A stretch of 59,451 bases of DNA, the filler included. It is 4 parts of 4 records of this genome, joined end to end, with 100 filler letters (N's around TTAATTAATTAA, not from the genome) between each part and the next. Parts side by side here need not be neighbours in the genome. Positions count along the whole stretch, not along the records: positions 21,874 to 45,205 come from SRR31156797_5877; 3 more parts are not named here. One strand, written 5' to 3'. Shown piece after piece: positions 28,307-39,000 of this stretch. The notes below the pieces were generated by a model. It had not been told where the DNA came from, did not search any database, and saw only the letters and a list, made by a program, of their open reading frames with translations. The first letter of the stretch is position 1. Each line of letters opens with the position of its first letter. Both the position numbers and the translations under genes were made by a program.

Positions 28307-29692
28307 CTATTTCCTCACTTTCTGCACAAACTCCTCAACTTCAGGAACTCCACCTTGATAAACGAGGTATCCGTTATATGGCTCACGTTCAGTGATTTCA
28401 TCGTTGATTGGTGTGAGCATCATCTCTTTTACTTTTTCAGGATCATCGGTTTGTCCCAGTGCCCAACCCAATTTTATGAATGCCACTTCAGGTAACATAT
28501 TGCCTGCAGGAATAATACCTCGTGCCATCATATCGCGTCCTGTATCATATACAAACATGTGCACATAACCCCAGATGGTTTGGAGTGTCATGTACATGTG
28601 TACCCCTTTCTTATGAGCCCGCTCAATGGCCGGATAAAGTTCTTTGTTGACGTGTCCCAGTCCTGTACCGACAATTACAATTCCCTTGTAACCAGCATCA
28701 ACCAAGGCATCGATAGTGTCTGGTTTCATACCCGGATAGTAATATAGCATGGTTACTTTATCGCTGAAATAAGGTAATATTTTAACATCGCGGTCTTTAC
28801 GACGTGGCTTGTATGATTTATGAATGGTTTCAATTCCATCTCTGCGAATCATGGCCAAAGGTGTATGTCCAATAGTACGGAATGTAGAACGATACGATGA
28901 GTGCATTTTGCGCACACGTGTTCCTTTGTGCAATAATCCATAATCGTCTGACGTAGGTCCAAACATTGAAACCATTACCTCAGCAATATCACCATGGCCG
29001 GCAGCATACATGGCATGCATCAGGTTCAGTGCAGCATCGGAACTAGGTCGGTCGGATGAACGCTGCGATCCTACAAGCACAATTGGTACAGGAGGATTTT
29101 GAACCATAAATGTTAAGGCAGCTGCTGTATGATGTAATGTATCGGTACCATGACCAATTACAATTCCGTCAATTCCTTTTTCAATCTCTTTTCCGATAGC
29201 TTTTGCTAAGGCAATGTATTGGGTAGGGCCCATATTTTCGCTGAATACAGCAAAAACTTTTTCGGTTTCGAGGTTGCAAATATCAGCCAATTCAGGCACT
29301 GCACCATAAAGCTCACCCGGTGAAAAAGCCGGGATTACGGCTCCTGTGCGGTAATCTAATCGCGAAGCAATGGTTCCACCGGTTCCAAATAATTTTACGT
29401 TTGGTAAACCTTTGGAGTATGGAAATTCTTGTTCCGGAATGGCGTAATTGGCTTTTGAATAGCCCACCTCTTTCATTGTTGTAATAGTGTTGATATCAAT
29501 TCCAATGTTGTATCCGGTGGCAATTTTCATTACAATGTGTTCATCGTCCTGGTGTTCGGCGCGAGGAAGTACTGTTCCTTCGAAATTTCCACGGGTTGTT
29601 TCCATTTCGCATTTTCCCCAAACACGCACATTGTATTTTTGTAAAACAGCCAGGGCTTTTCCTTTGTATCCCTGAAATATATCGTTATCCAT
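28307..29692 (-). CDS. gatD: Glu-tRNA(Gln) amidotransferase subunit D (archaeal-type)
   Basis: GatD N-terminal barrel (EGTVLP...IVMKIATGYNIGID) plus asparaginase-like core TGGTIASRLDYRTGAV, HGTDT, GSQRSSDRPSSDA, GTRVRKMH and GTGLGHV. Confidence 0.93.
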   Translation of the reverse strand: MDNDIFQGYKGKALAVLQKYNVRVWGKCEMETTRGNFEGTVLPRAEHQDDEHIVMKIATGYNIGIDINTITTMKEVGYSKANYAIPEQEFPYSKGLPNVKLFGTGGTIASRLDYRTGAVIPAFSPGELYGAVPELADICNLETEKVFAVFSENMGPTQYIALAKAIGKEIEKGIDGIVIGHGTDTLHHTAAALTFMVQNPPVPIVLVGSQRSSDRPSSDAALNLMHAMYAAGHGDIAEVMVSMFGPTSDDYGLLHKGTRVRKMHSSYRSTFRTIGHTPLAMIRRDGIETIHKSYKPRRKDRDVKILPYFSDKVTMLYYYPGMKPDTIDALVDAGYKGIVIVGTGLGHVNKELYPAIERAHKKGVHMYMTLQTIWGYVHMFVYDTGRDMMARGIIPAGNMLPEVAFIKLGWALGQTDDPEKVKEMMLTPINDEITEREPYNGYLVYQGGVPEVEEFVQKVRK

Positions 29693-29698
29693 GATTGG

Positions 29699-31672
29699 CT
29701 AGTTTTTCTTAGTTAATTCTTTCATTAATACATCGTAAGGCATATTTCCCATTGCACGGTGACGCAATTCACCCATTATCCAATTGGTTTCAGCTTCCGG
29801 TGTTTGTTTTTTACCGATTTCCCTATATTTTTCACGAAGGAAATCTACTGGTGCCAAAATCTCTTCTTTGTCATGAGCTTTATAACGGATATCTGTAAGC
29901 ACCGACTCAAATTGCATTTGAGGTTGCTCATAAATCATAGGAAGCATAGGATAAAGAATGTTGCTTTCCAGTTTTTGATCCTTTACAAATTTGAATAGTC
30001 CATATACAATATGATAATCAAAATCACGACCGCGCTTATAATGTCCTTCTACAAATTTGAGATAATGTCCAAAGAAAGTGCCCGTAAATTTTGGGTTGAA
30101 TTTGAGTTTCTTTATTACATTTTCTATATGCGGATAAAGGTTTTTACTCAATATATAAGTGAAAGTATCTTCAGGAATACCCCATTTTTTCAATTGCTTG
30201 TAGCGATCAATAACATCGCTTGGCATGTTTTTCTTGAGGTTTTCTATATAATCATTAGAAAGCGGAATTGGGGCCGAATCAGTATCAGGGTACATGCGAT
30301 CTGCACCTGGCAAAACGCGCTCAAAAATAGTAGATCCATCTTCGAATGATTTTCGTGTTTCCTGAGGAATACCTTCCATTGCCATTTCGCAACGTTCTTG
30401 TATTACTTCAAGGGCTGTTTTGATGTCATCCTCTGGACCGCGGAATATCATTAAAGCATCTTTTTTACCAGCTTTGATGATTTTTTCCATACTATTCCAG
30501 AATTCAACATCAAAAGTGGGCTTCAGTTCTTCAGTGTGATACATGTTTGGTCTTTCCAAACAAGCAATAACCTTAAGTCTATCTGCTAATTCATCAGCAA
30601 ACATTTTTCCAGGTTGGGTAAAATGTGATAGGATACCCTCGAAATCAGGCAATTTAACCAGAACCAATTTTTCACATTGATTGAGATATTGTTTCTTGAA
30701 TTTATCGGATATTTCAATGGTATCTGTATTGAGAACTTTATGGCTAATTTCCCATTTTTTAGCCTCTATTTTACGTTTTTTAAGTTCGTCGCGCACCGCA
30801 AGTAATGCCCACTGGCGGAATGACTCCACGTGTGTTAGCTCAGGAATCCATTTGGTGTGTGCTACTCCTTTGATTTCCACACGAGTACCACCTTTGCAGC
30901 TTACGTTCACATCTTGTCGTCCGGCACCCATTCCGGTAAGTACTTTTCCTGTGCTGCGGTTAAGGAATCGAATGTAGTCACATGTTTCTTTTACCTCATC
31001 AGGGTTTACCATGTCCGGGTAGGTCACTGTTTCAATAAGTGGCATACCTAAACGGTCTGTTTTATAAACCCGGTTGTGGCCAATATCTGATATTTCTCGA
31101 CATGAGTCTTCTTCAATACTAAGCTGGATAAGGCGTACTGTTTTTTTCTTCAATTCAATTGCACCTTCAACACCAAGTATGGCAGTGCGCTGAAATCCGG
31201 TTGGAATACTGCCGTCCAGATATTGCTTACGTGTAATATGTACTTCGCCTACCACATTAAGTTTGGAAAGTAATGAAATTTCAAGTGCAGTTTCCAATGC
31301 TTCTTTGTCCATTAAAAAGGGTGGTGTATCATCTACTTCATAGGTGCAGGCATTTTCATTATTGATACGATAAAAGATGTTTTTGCGGGTTTTAAATTCC
31401 ATTAGCGCAGTTCCATCATATTCACCCAGCTCACTCAGTGTTGGGCGCATGTGGCGAATAAGTTCTGCATCAAAATCATCGTCATCGTGGTAAATGCCTG
31501 CCGGGCAGCGGCAAAATAATTTATATTTTGTTTTAAGTTGTTGGTGAACTTCCAGTCCCGACATAAAACCAATACGGTCGTAGTCTTTTTGGGTGGCTTC
31601 TTTCCGGTTTACGTAGCCAATTTTTTTGCGGGTAGCTTCGTAATTGGCTTTGGCATCGAAAGTGTCCTTCAT
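29699..31672 (-). CDS. gatE: Glu-tRNA(Gln) amidotransferase subunit E (archaeal-type)
   Basis: GLEVHQQL..KLFCRCP, RPTLSELGE, DGS..GFQRT, EED, DRLGMPLIE, RSTGKV...RQDVNVS..GGTRVEIKGV, GAD-like insert and LPGADRMYPDTD. Confidence 0.93.
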   Translation of the reverse strand: MKDTFDAKANYEATRKKIGYVNRKEATQKDYDRIGFMSGLEVHQQLKTKYKLFCRCPAGIYHDDDDFDAELIRHMRPTLSELGEYDGTALMEFKTRKNIFYRINNENACTYEVDDTPPFLMDKEALETALEISLLSKLNVVGEVHITRKQYLDGSIPTGFQRTAILGVEGAIELKKKTVRLIQLSIEEDSCREISDIGHNRVYKTDRLGMPLIETVTYPDMVNPDEVKETCDYIRFLNRSTGKVLTGMGAGRQDVNVSCKGGTRVEIKGVAHTKWIPELTHVESFRQWALLAVRDELKKRKIEAKKWEISHKVLNTDTIEISDKFKKQYLNQCEKLVLVKLPDFEGILSHFTQPGKMFADELADRLKVIACLERPNMYHTEELKPTFDVEFWNSMEKIIKAGKKDALMIFRGPEDDIKTALEVIQERCEMAMEGIPQETRKSFEDGSTIFERVLPGADRMYPDTDSAPIPLSNDYIENLKKNMPSDVIDRYKQLKKWGIPEDTFTYILSKNLYPHIENVIKKLKFNPKFTGTFFGHYLKFVEGHYKRGRDFDYHIVYGLFKFVKDQKLESNILYPMLPMIYEQPQMQFESVLTDIRYKAHDKEEILAPVDFLREKYREIGKKQTPEAETNWIMGELRHRAMGNMPYDVLMKELTKKN

Positions 31673-31913
31673 TTTAAAGTAATTTAGTGAGGTTCGGAGA
31701 GGAGAATAATACTCTCATCCTTTATTTGCTCTTAAAAGTAATCAACACTTTTGCAATTGCCAAATTACCGTAACTTTTTTAAAATTAACTATTGAGGATT
31801 GATATTTTGAGTTATATTTGAGGTTCCCAAAATTTTCCACTCCAATATTTGAAATGGTATTTTTTTAAAAATGGTACAGATTGTGTGCTATCCATTTTAA
31901 ATAGATTTAAATT

Positions 31914-33053
31914 ATGTATAAAATTTACTACCTGTCAATTTTAGTTTCAACAATATTTGTTAACTCAGTTTTTGCTCAAAGGAGCATTGATTTTGGAACC
32001 GATACTACTTTTGAATTAGCTACATGGAATATTGAACATTTTCCCAAGAATGGTCAAACTACCATTGATTACGTATCACTTTTAATTGAAGAAATGGATA
32101 TTGATTTATTTGCATTGCAGGAAATTGAAAGCCAGTCGAGTTTCAATTCATTGGTTGCAAATCTGGATGAGTTTGAAGGTTATTGGGCTTATGATCAGTA
32201 TGCACCATTGGCAATTTTATACAAAAGTAATCTTGTGGAATTGAATAATACTTACAGAATTCTTGCATCCTATTCTCGTGAATTTCCAAGAGCTCCTTTA
32301 GTGGCAGAAATAACTGTTCGAGGCGATTCTTATGTGATAATTGTAAATCATTACAAATGTTGTGGCGATGGCATAATAGATGAGGGTGATTTGTGGGATG
32401 AAGAAAAGCGCAGATATGACGCATCCGTTTTATTGAAAGATTATGTCAATACGCATTATGCAGATGATCGTGTTATTATGTTAGGTGACTTTAACGATGA
32501 GATATTGGATGAAACTGAAAATAATGTATTTCAACCTTTTCTTGATGTTCCGACTGAATTTGCATTCGCAGATTTGTCTGTGGCCCAATCTTCAGCTTCA
32601 AATTGGAGTTATCCTTCATGGCCATCTCATTTAGATCATATTTTAGTCACTAATGAGGTATTTGAAGAATTTGAAAATGGCATTGCTGATGTGGAATGTT
32701 TAAAACCTGATGAGCTTATACCGGGTGGGTGGGCCGTTTACGACAGTGATATTTCTGATCACAGACCTGTTGCGTTACGTATGGCAATGGTTGCTGATAC
32801 AGTTGGATTAGTTGAAAGTAATATTATAGATTTAGCAGTATATCCTAATCCTGCTAAAGACTTTGTACAGATTTCTTCAAGTGTTTCAAATATGAAGGTA
32901 TCTTTTTATAATACAATTGGAATTTTAGTAAATGAAATTCAATCGTCTGGTAATAGTGTTATTGATATATCAGCGCTGCAATCCGGATTTTATTTCATGA
33001 AAATTGAATCAGAAAATTTCAACATAACAAAAAGATTGGTAATAGAGCGCTAA
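31914..33053 (+). CDS. Endonuclease/exonuclease/phosphatase (DNase I-like) protein with T9SS C-terminal sorting domain
   Basis: Signal peptide, ATWNIE, LQEI, GDFND, LDHI and SDHRPV; CTD VYPNP...SGFYF...KRLVIER; TATATTTG -7 element at 31813-31820. Confidence 0.9.
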   Translation: MYKIYYLSILVSTIFVNSVFAQRSIDFGTDTTFELATWNIEHFPKNGQTTIDYVSLLIEEMDIDLFALQEIESQSSFNSLVANLDEFEGYWAYDQYAPLAILYKSNLVELNNTYRILASYSREFPRAPLVAEITVRGDSYVIIVNHYKCCGDGIIDEGDLWDEEKRRYDASVLLKDYVNTHYADDRVIMLGDFNDEILDETENNVFQPFLDVPTEFAFADLSVAQSSASNWSYPSWPSHLDHILVTNEVFEEFENGIADVECLKPDELIPGGWAVYDSDISDHRPVALRMAMVADTVGLVESNIIDLAVYPNPAKDFVQISSSVSNMKVSFYNTIGILVNEIQSSGNSVIDISALQSGFYFMKIESENFNITKRLVIER

Positions 33054-33057
33054 TTTA

Positions 33058-36000
33058 CTATCCGGCATCAACCAATTTGAAAGTGAAGCTAAACCCAAAG
33101 TTTATCTCTGTTGTTTTGAATGTTGTTTGTATTTTCGGATCTTTCAATGTGTAATCAAGAAATGCTCTTAATTCTAAGTTTTTCGAGAAGCGATAATCAG
33201 CTGTGAATCCAAGTTTATATACTAATGTTCCACTTACTAATTCTGTAAATCCGTCATCAGGTTTGTGAACATATTTTACGTCATCTTTAACACTGAAATC
33301 AGCACGCAACTCTACGGGGCTATCAAATTTGCGTTGCCCTCCACCTCTTGTTCTGAAAACCAATGTAAGGTTATCAAATCGGTACCCACTTCCAAGGACT
33401 AATTCTGTTCTACGACTTTCAGCTAAATTGTTGTCAGAAGTGTTTAAGCTAATTGTGCGACTTTTATTAAATGCTACCCTTGTTGTGATATTGCTTTTCC
33501 AGGTCATGTTTACTTCAAAAAACGGCATAAAGTCTTCGCTTATGGTAATTTGATTTATATTGTATCTGGCTGCAAACATGGTTGAGTCAGCATTTCTTAT
33601 AGATGAAAAAGCTTCTTCAGCACTTATGTCTCTAATCCAATCTGGATTATTACTAAATCCTCCCATGGTGAATACCCCTTTATAGCTATGAAGTACTTTA
33701 AAGTTTCTAAATTTGCGTTTGAACCATCCAAATTGCATAAATCCATCATATTCAACCCGCCAATCAGGTCTCAATAGTGACATAATTGGTTTTGCTGCTT
33801 TAAGCACTACATTGTTTGCTGAAGGGCCATCAACATATGCCGATATAAATGCCGGAACAGTAACTTCTTGAGAAAATGCCGGGTAACCATCTGGAAATCC
33901 ATTAATTCCCGATTGGCCTGCATAGTTTCCTAATGCATCTATTCTTTGTTGCTCAAGCCGTTTTGCTATAACCAAACGATTATTGATAAATTCCCGATAT
34001 ACATTGTTTTCGTATGTTCTATCATCAATTTTGTCGAAAGTACTGCTGAATGTCCAAACAGACATACTCCAGTTCCCTGTTGTACTTTTGGAAGTTGGGT
34101 TGTCAAAACGAGAAGTACTGATTGTATTATCTCCATAAGCCAAATAATAGCGATCTGTATTTCTTGATCTTGCAAATTGAGATTTCAATTTTATTTCCAG
34201 GCCATTTAAAGGTTCAAAAGTTCCATTAATGGTTAAATTTTCCTGAAATGTCATTGTGTATGGTTGAATGATTGAGTTATCAAGATCTTCAGACAACCAA
34301 CCATTTTCAATAACACGTTCCATAAAATCAATATCAGAAAGTCCAAACACGTATTCCCATCCGGGCTTTTGCTCTCCATCATTGAAATTCATACCCATTG
34401 ATGTTGGAGCATACTTAAATCCACTCGCAATTGATCCATTATTTTGAGTGTAATTGAAACGTACAGATTTCAATCCGGTAGTAATTCTTACAAGATACTC
34501 TGTGGCTATTTGGAATGGGCTTTGGCTACGCTCCTTTTCACCTGTTATTGTGAGACTAACTCCTTCTAAATCCTGATCAGGTTTTAACAGGATACGTTTT
34601 TCATCTACAATTTCAAATGGTACTTTTATTTCTTTTTTATCTGGACCTGCGATTAGGACTTTAATTTTCTCTGTGCCAAGTTTATGATAAACTTTCTTTT
34701 CTTCCCCTGCTTTCAAGTCAATCTTTTCTTTGGTATAAGTAACTTCGAACTTTATTTTCTCTTTAAATCGGGTCGGCAACGGTTTTTTGAACTTTTTATG
34801 TATTTGATCAATGTATTCAACATTTTTGAATAACCTGTCAAAGCTCAAGTTTAAGGCAGCATTGTATCTGTTTGAATTAGATAAATCATTACCCGGATTA
34901 AGGGCACTATCAGATAAAATTGGAGCTCTTCGCCAGTTGAATAGACCGTTATAACCTGCTGTGGCATTCATCCATTTTAATCCCGGAATTTTATTAATTG
35001 GCACCTGCCATGTAGCATCAAATGTTTGATTGTAATCGGTCATTCTACCTAATTGTTTGATGCTGGTTATAATTGAGTCTTTTGCATTAGTATAATTGTC
35101 TTTTCCTCTCTCAACAACTCCGGCAGGTTCATCAATTTGAGCTGTAACTTTGGCGTTGTAACTAAGTTTTATGCTCTTGGATAAATTGTAAACTAACCCA
35201 TAATTTCGATCCCAACGGAAATCTTTATCGTAAGTCGGCAGGAATATCTGATCCGGTATATTTAAATTTCTGCGCTTCATTTTGTTGTACTTACGTGTTA
35301 CAACAGTTGAGAATGAATATTGAGATGGGGCATAATTCAGATTGAAGTCTTTAATAAGTCCAAAATATTTGGCACTAAGTTTTATGTTTTTTAGAGGTTC
35401 CCATGGTTTCACTCTGTTATTAAATACATAGTTTACAGAACCGGTATGTCTTTTTTGATTATGGTAACGAAGATTGATATTTCGGTCGTATACCTGTGTG
35501 AAGGCATAAGAGAAAGTCCAGTTGCTAACATCATAAAATCTGGGTTTCTCACCGGCTTTACCAAACCTAACTCCGGTAAAGTTTAGACTTTTACGCATGT
35601 TATATTCACGGGCAACCCGCAAGAGTTCTTCTTGCTCGTCACCTGATAAGACTTTCAGTGCATCTTCCATTTTAATATCCTGATCAAGAGGATTGTATTC
35701 CGGATTAATAAAAGTTTCCGCATATCCAAAGTACATTGGTATTTTAATACCTGATTCCTGTGGGAAAAACTGGCCTAACTGGAGACTTGTATTGATATCG
35801 TACTGATAAATTTCATCTAATTGACGTTCATTTAATTTCTCTTCTAATCCACCAAAACCCGGTTTTGATGTGGCTCCTGCAACTGTTACTGATCCTAAGT
35901 CTGCCAGCTGAGCTGTTATGCGAGCATTGGCCGCCCAACCACCTTCCTGATCAAATTCGGTAAGTCGCAATTCATTTACCCATATTTCTCCTGATTGTTC

Positions 36001-39000
36001 TTGTCTATCGTCTCTTGGGTTTCTGACTCCAATTGTAAATGTAACAACGTCGCTGAGACTGGGGTTACCTCTAACTTTTACTTTGTTAGAGCCATCCATA
36101 ACTTGATATTCTGTAAGCAAACTTACACCAGATTCCTGATCTCCCAATAGCTGATTTCTTTCAAGTTTGGTATCTGTAAATAGTGAAAGTGGAATGTTTA
36201 ATTCATTCTCACTTGGCCAAACCATTTTTCTATCACCACTATTATTGGAATAGCTTCCCGGAGGAGTAACTTTCACAGGAATTTCATATTCGTAATAGTT
36301 TTCGCGTATATCTGTTCCTAGCCTTACAAAAACAGTTAAATCGTCATCATTCAAGTCGTAGTCTTCTAGCTTTTCAGCATGAATAAACATTTTTAGACGT
36401 TTGTACTGACGCATATCAAAACGAATGTTCTTGTAAATGGCTTTGGCAAAACCATCCGGTAAATCTCGTACTCGCATGCTGATTGACTGCTCATTTAATT
36501 GACGCAATTGACTATTTGAGGGATCAATTACACGATCTACATCAGGGGGCATTACATAGTTAACAGGAGAGCGTTGTCCATTCTCTTCAATATTTACCGT
36601 AGAGACTTCAAATTGGGTGTTACTTAGATCAATATCATCATCAACTACTTCACCACCTTCTTCTAAAACATAATCATATTTTCGCCATTCTCCACGTATG
36701 AAATTTAACTCAGCGAATCGTAAAGTAACATCTCTTGTGAATCCGGTCATATACATTCTTATGAATCGAATCGATCTGAAATCACTAATATTACCTACTA
36801 CTAAATCGGGTTCTTCAATCGGTATTTTGAATTGATACCAGGTAACGGTTTTTGAATCACCGTTGGGCATATCTACCTCAATTTCGTTTTCATCAACGAT
36901 GTATTTTTTCATTTCATCAAGGTTTTCCTTACTGAGGTCTACCTTATATTCATAATAGGCATCAATTTGGTTAAGGGTATTGTCATCGTTGATATCTTCG
37001 TTGTTTGGTATTGAGGTTTGCATCCTAACTTCAGAAGCATTTGATGAAGGGGTGTTACCGTGCGGGTTAGTGAAATATCGATAACGATTAATAAGATTGT
37101 TTTTATAAAATGAGTTGCCATCAAAAAAGCCTTCTTTATGATAGAGGAAATCATCTTGCGAAGGGTCTGCTAATAATTCATTTCTAGCAGTTTCAGTTAG
37201 GTTGCCTAAAAAAGTATCATCAAAAACATTGTTATTTATAAAAAACTGAACCTCTCTCTCGTTTGTTAATCCATCATAACCCACATCTTGTTGGTCACGT
37301 CCATCATCTTCAAATCCTGTGGTTATGGTTTGTTTGTTTGAGACATAACCCCAGGCAGTAGAGTCCATATTAACGGTGCTTCCATCTTTTGGAATGGCAT
37401 TTTCCACAGAGCGTCTTCCATCTTTAAGTATATCTTCAGAGATATTTCCCAAATTGATATAAAGCGCCGGATTAGGATCGTTGCGCACAATTCCATCTAA
37501 TTCATCTTGCGCATAAGGGTCCATCATCCAAAATTCAATAAACTCTATGTTTGATTCTTCAAAATCACTGGTGGATACATTTCTTTGAATACCTGCCCAA
37601 CGCTCGTCTGTGAAAAGTAGTGAATCAGTTGAGGAAACTCTTTTATCGTAGTTATATGGCCCTCTTTCACTAGGAAAAAATGAGAGATTAAATACACTTA
37701 ATGCATTATAAACGCCCTGTTCAGGATCACGATTGGGAAAAATCTGATTTTCTTTAACCTGAAAGGTGTTCAGGCTGGATATGCCATTATCTGAAACAGG
37801 CGAGTTGCCCTCATAATATAATGGATCGATAAAATACCATGATAGTTGTGCTCTGTTTCTATTATAGTTGTAGATATCAGCACCTGATGCTTCATAATCT
37901 TCAATAAATCTTTTTGGTGTACTGGCAAGAAACCAATAGTAGGGCTCTTTGAGGGTGATGTCCGCTGTGGCACCTTCAAAATCATCCAGGTATGCTTCAC
38001 CTGTATGTTTAATTGCCTTATTATGACCAGGTTTTAAATATGCAAATTCTGCTGATGCTATGATTTTGGAAGGAGCTTTTGTTTCTATAAAAGGGAGCTT
38101 ATCAACCAGTTTGGTTAATAAAGGAACCTCCTTTTCATAATTCACATTTACACCCATAATGGTGTTAGAAATTGGCTCGCTACCAACATTAACCTTCTGT
38201 GTGAGAGGTCTTTCAGTGAGATTTAAAATAGATCCTCCAAACATCAGATCTTCGTTTACACGGTACTCCATAGTAGCACCCAGCAACGTTTTAGATTGAA
38301 TGCTAAATAGTGTATTACTCTCTAATGAAATATTAATTGGTGTTCCACTGGATAATAATCCTTGATCTAGGATTTTTACACGACCTAGATAATAGTCTAC
38401 CTTATAGTGAACATTTTCAGTCAACTCCATACCACCCGCGGTAACTTTAACAGAACCTTTGGGAATATTAATTGCATTCAGCGGAATTTCACTTCCTGTT
38501 GATGATTTGTATGTTCCCTGAATGGAAAACTTATTTTTCTCGGTAATCTGCTCGGCAAATGTTTTGGTTGAATCATACAATACGTTGTATGTAAATTGAT
38601 CTGCTTGAGAAAGATATTCTTCGTTATTAGGATTATTGTTTGTGAAGACTTTTTCTAAGTGAGACCCAAATGGTTCAAGTACAGGAAAGATTACGTAGCC
38701 TCTTGAAGCATTGATGGTAATACCTTCTTCAAAGTCAAAAATACCATCACCATTGGGAGCAAAGTTTCCTTGAGCATTCATTCTGTCAAGGTTCATCAGT
38801 TTTAAAAGTGTTACTCCTTCTACGTATTCGTTATCGGTGGGTAATGTAAATACATCTGTACCAACAGCCACATCGTTATACATCACATCCAACATAAAGT
38901 CTTCCCGGCTCACACTGTAGGCATCTAATTTATAGATGTTTTTCATCATTAAATCCCACGATTTATGTCTTGGAGAGAAACTGGTTGGTTTTAATAGTTT

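Noticed and set aside
28307-29692. Calling this gene a plain L-asparaginase I and its neighbour GatB
   Set aside because: The GatD-specific N-terminal domain and QRSSDRPSSD motif are present, the neighbour has GatE-specific motifs and insert, and there is no gatA or gatC nearby.
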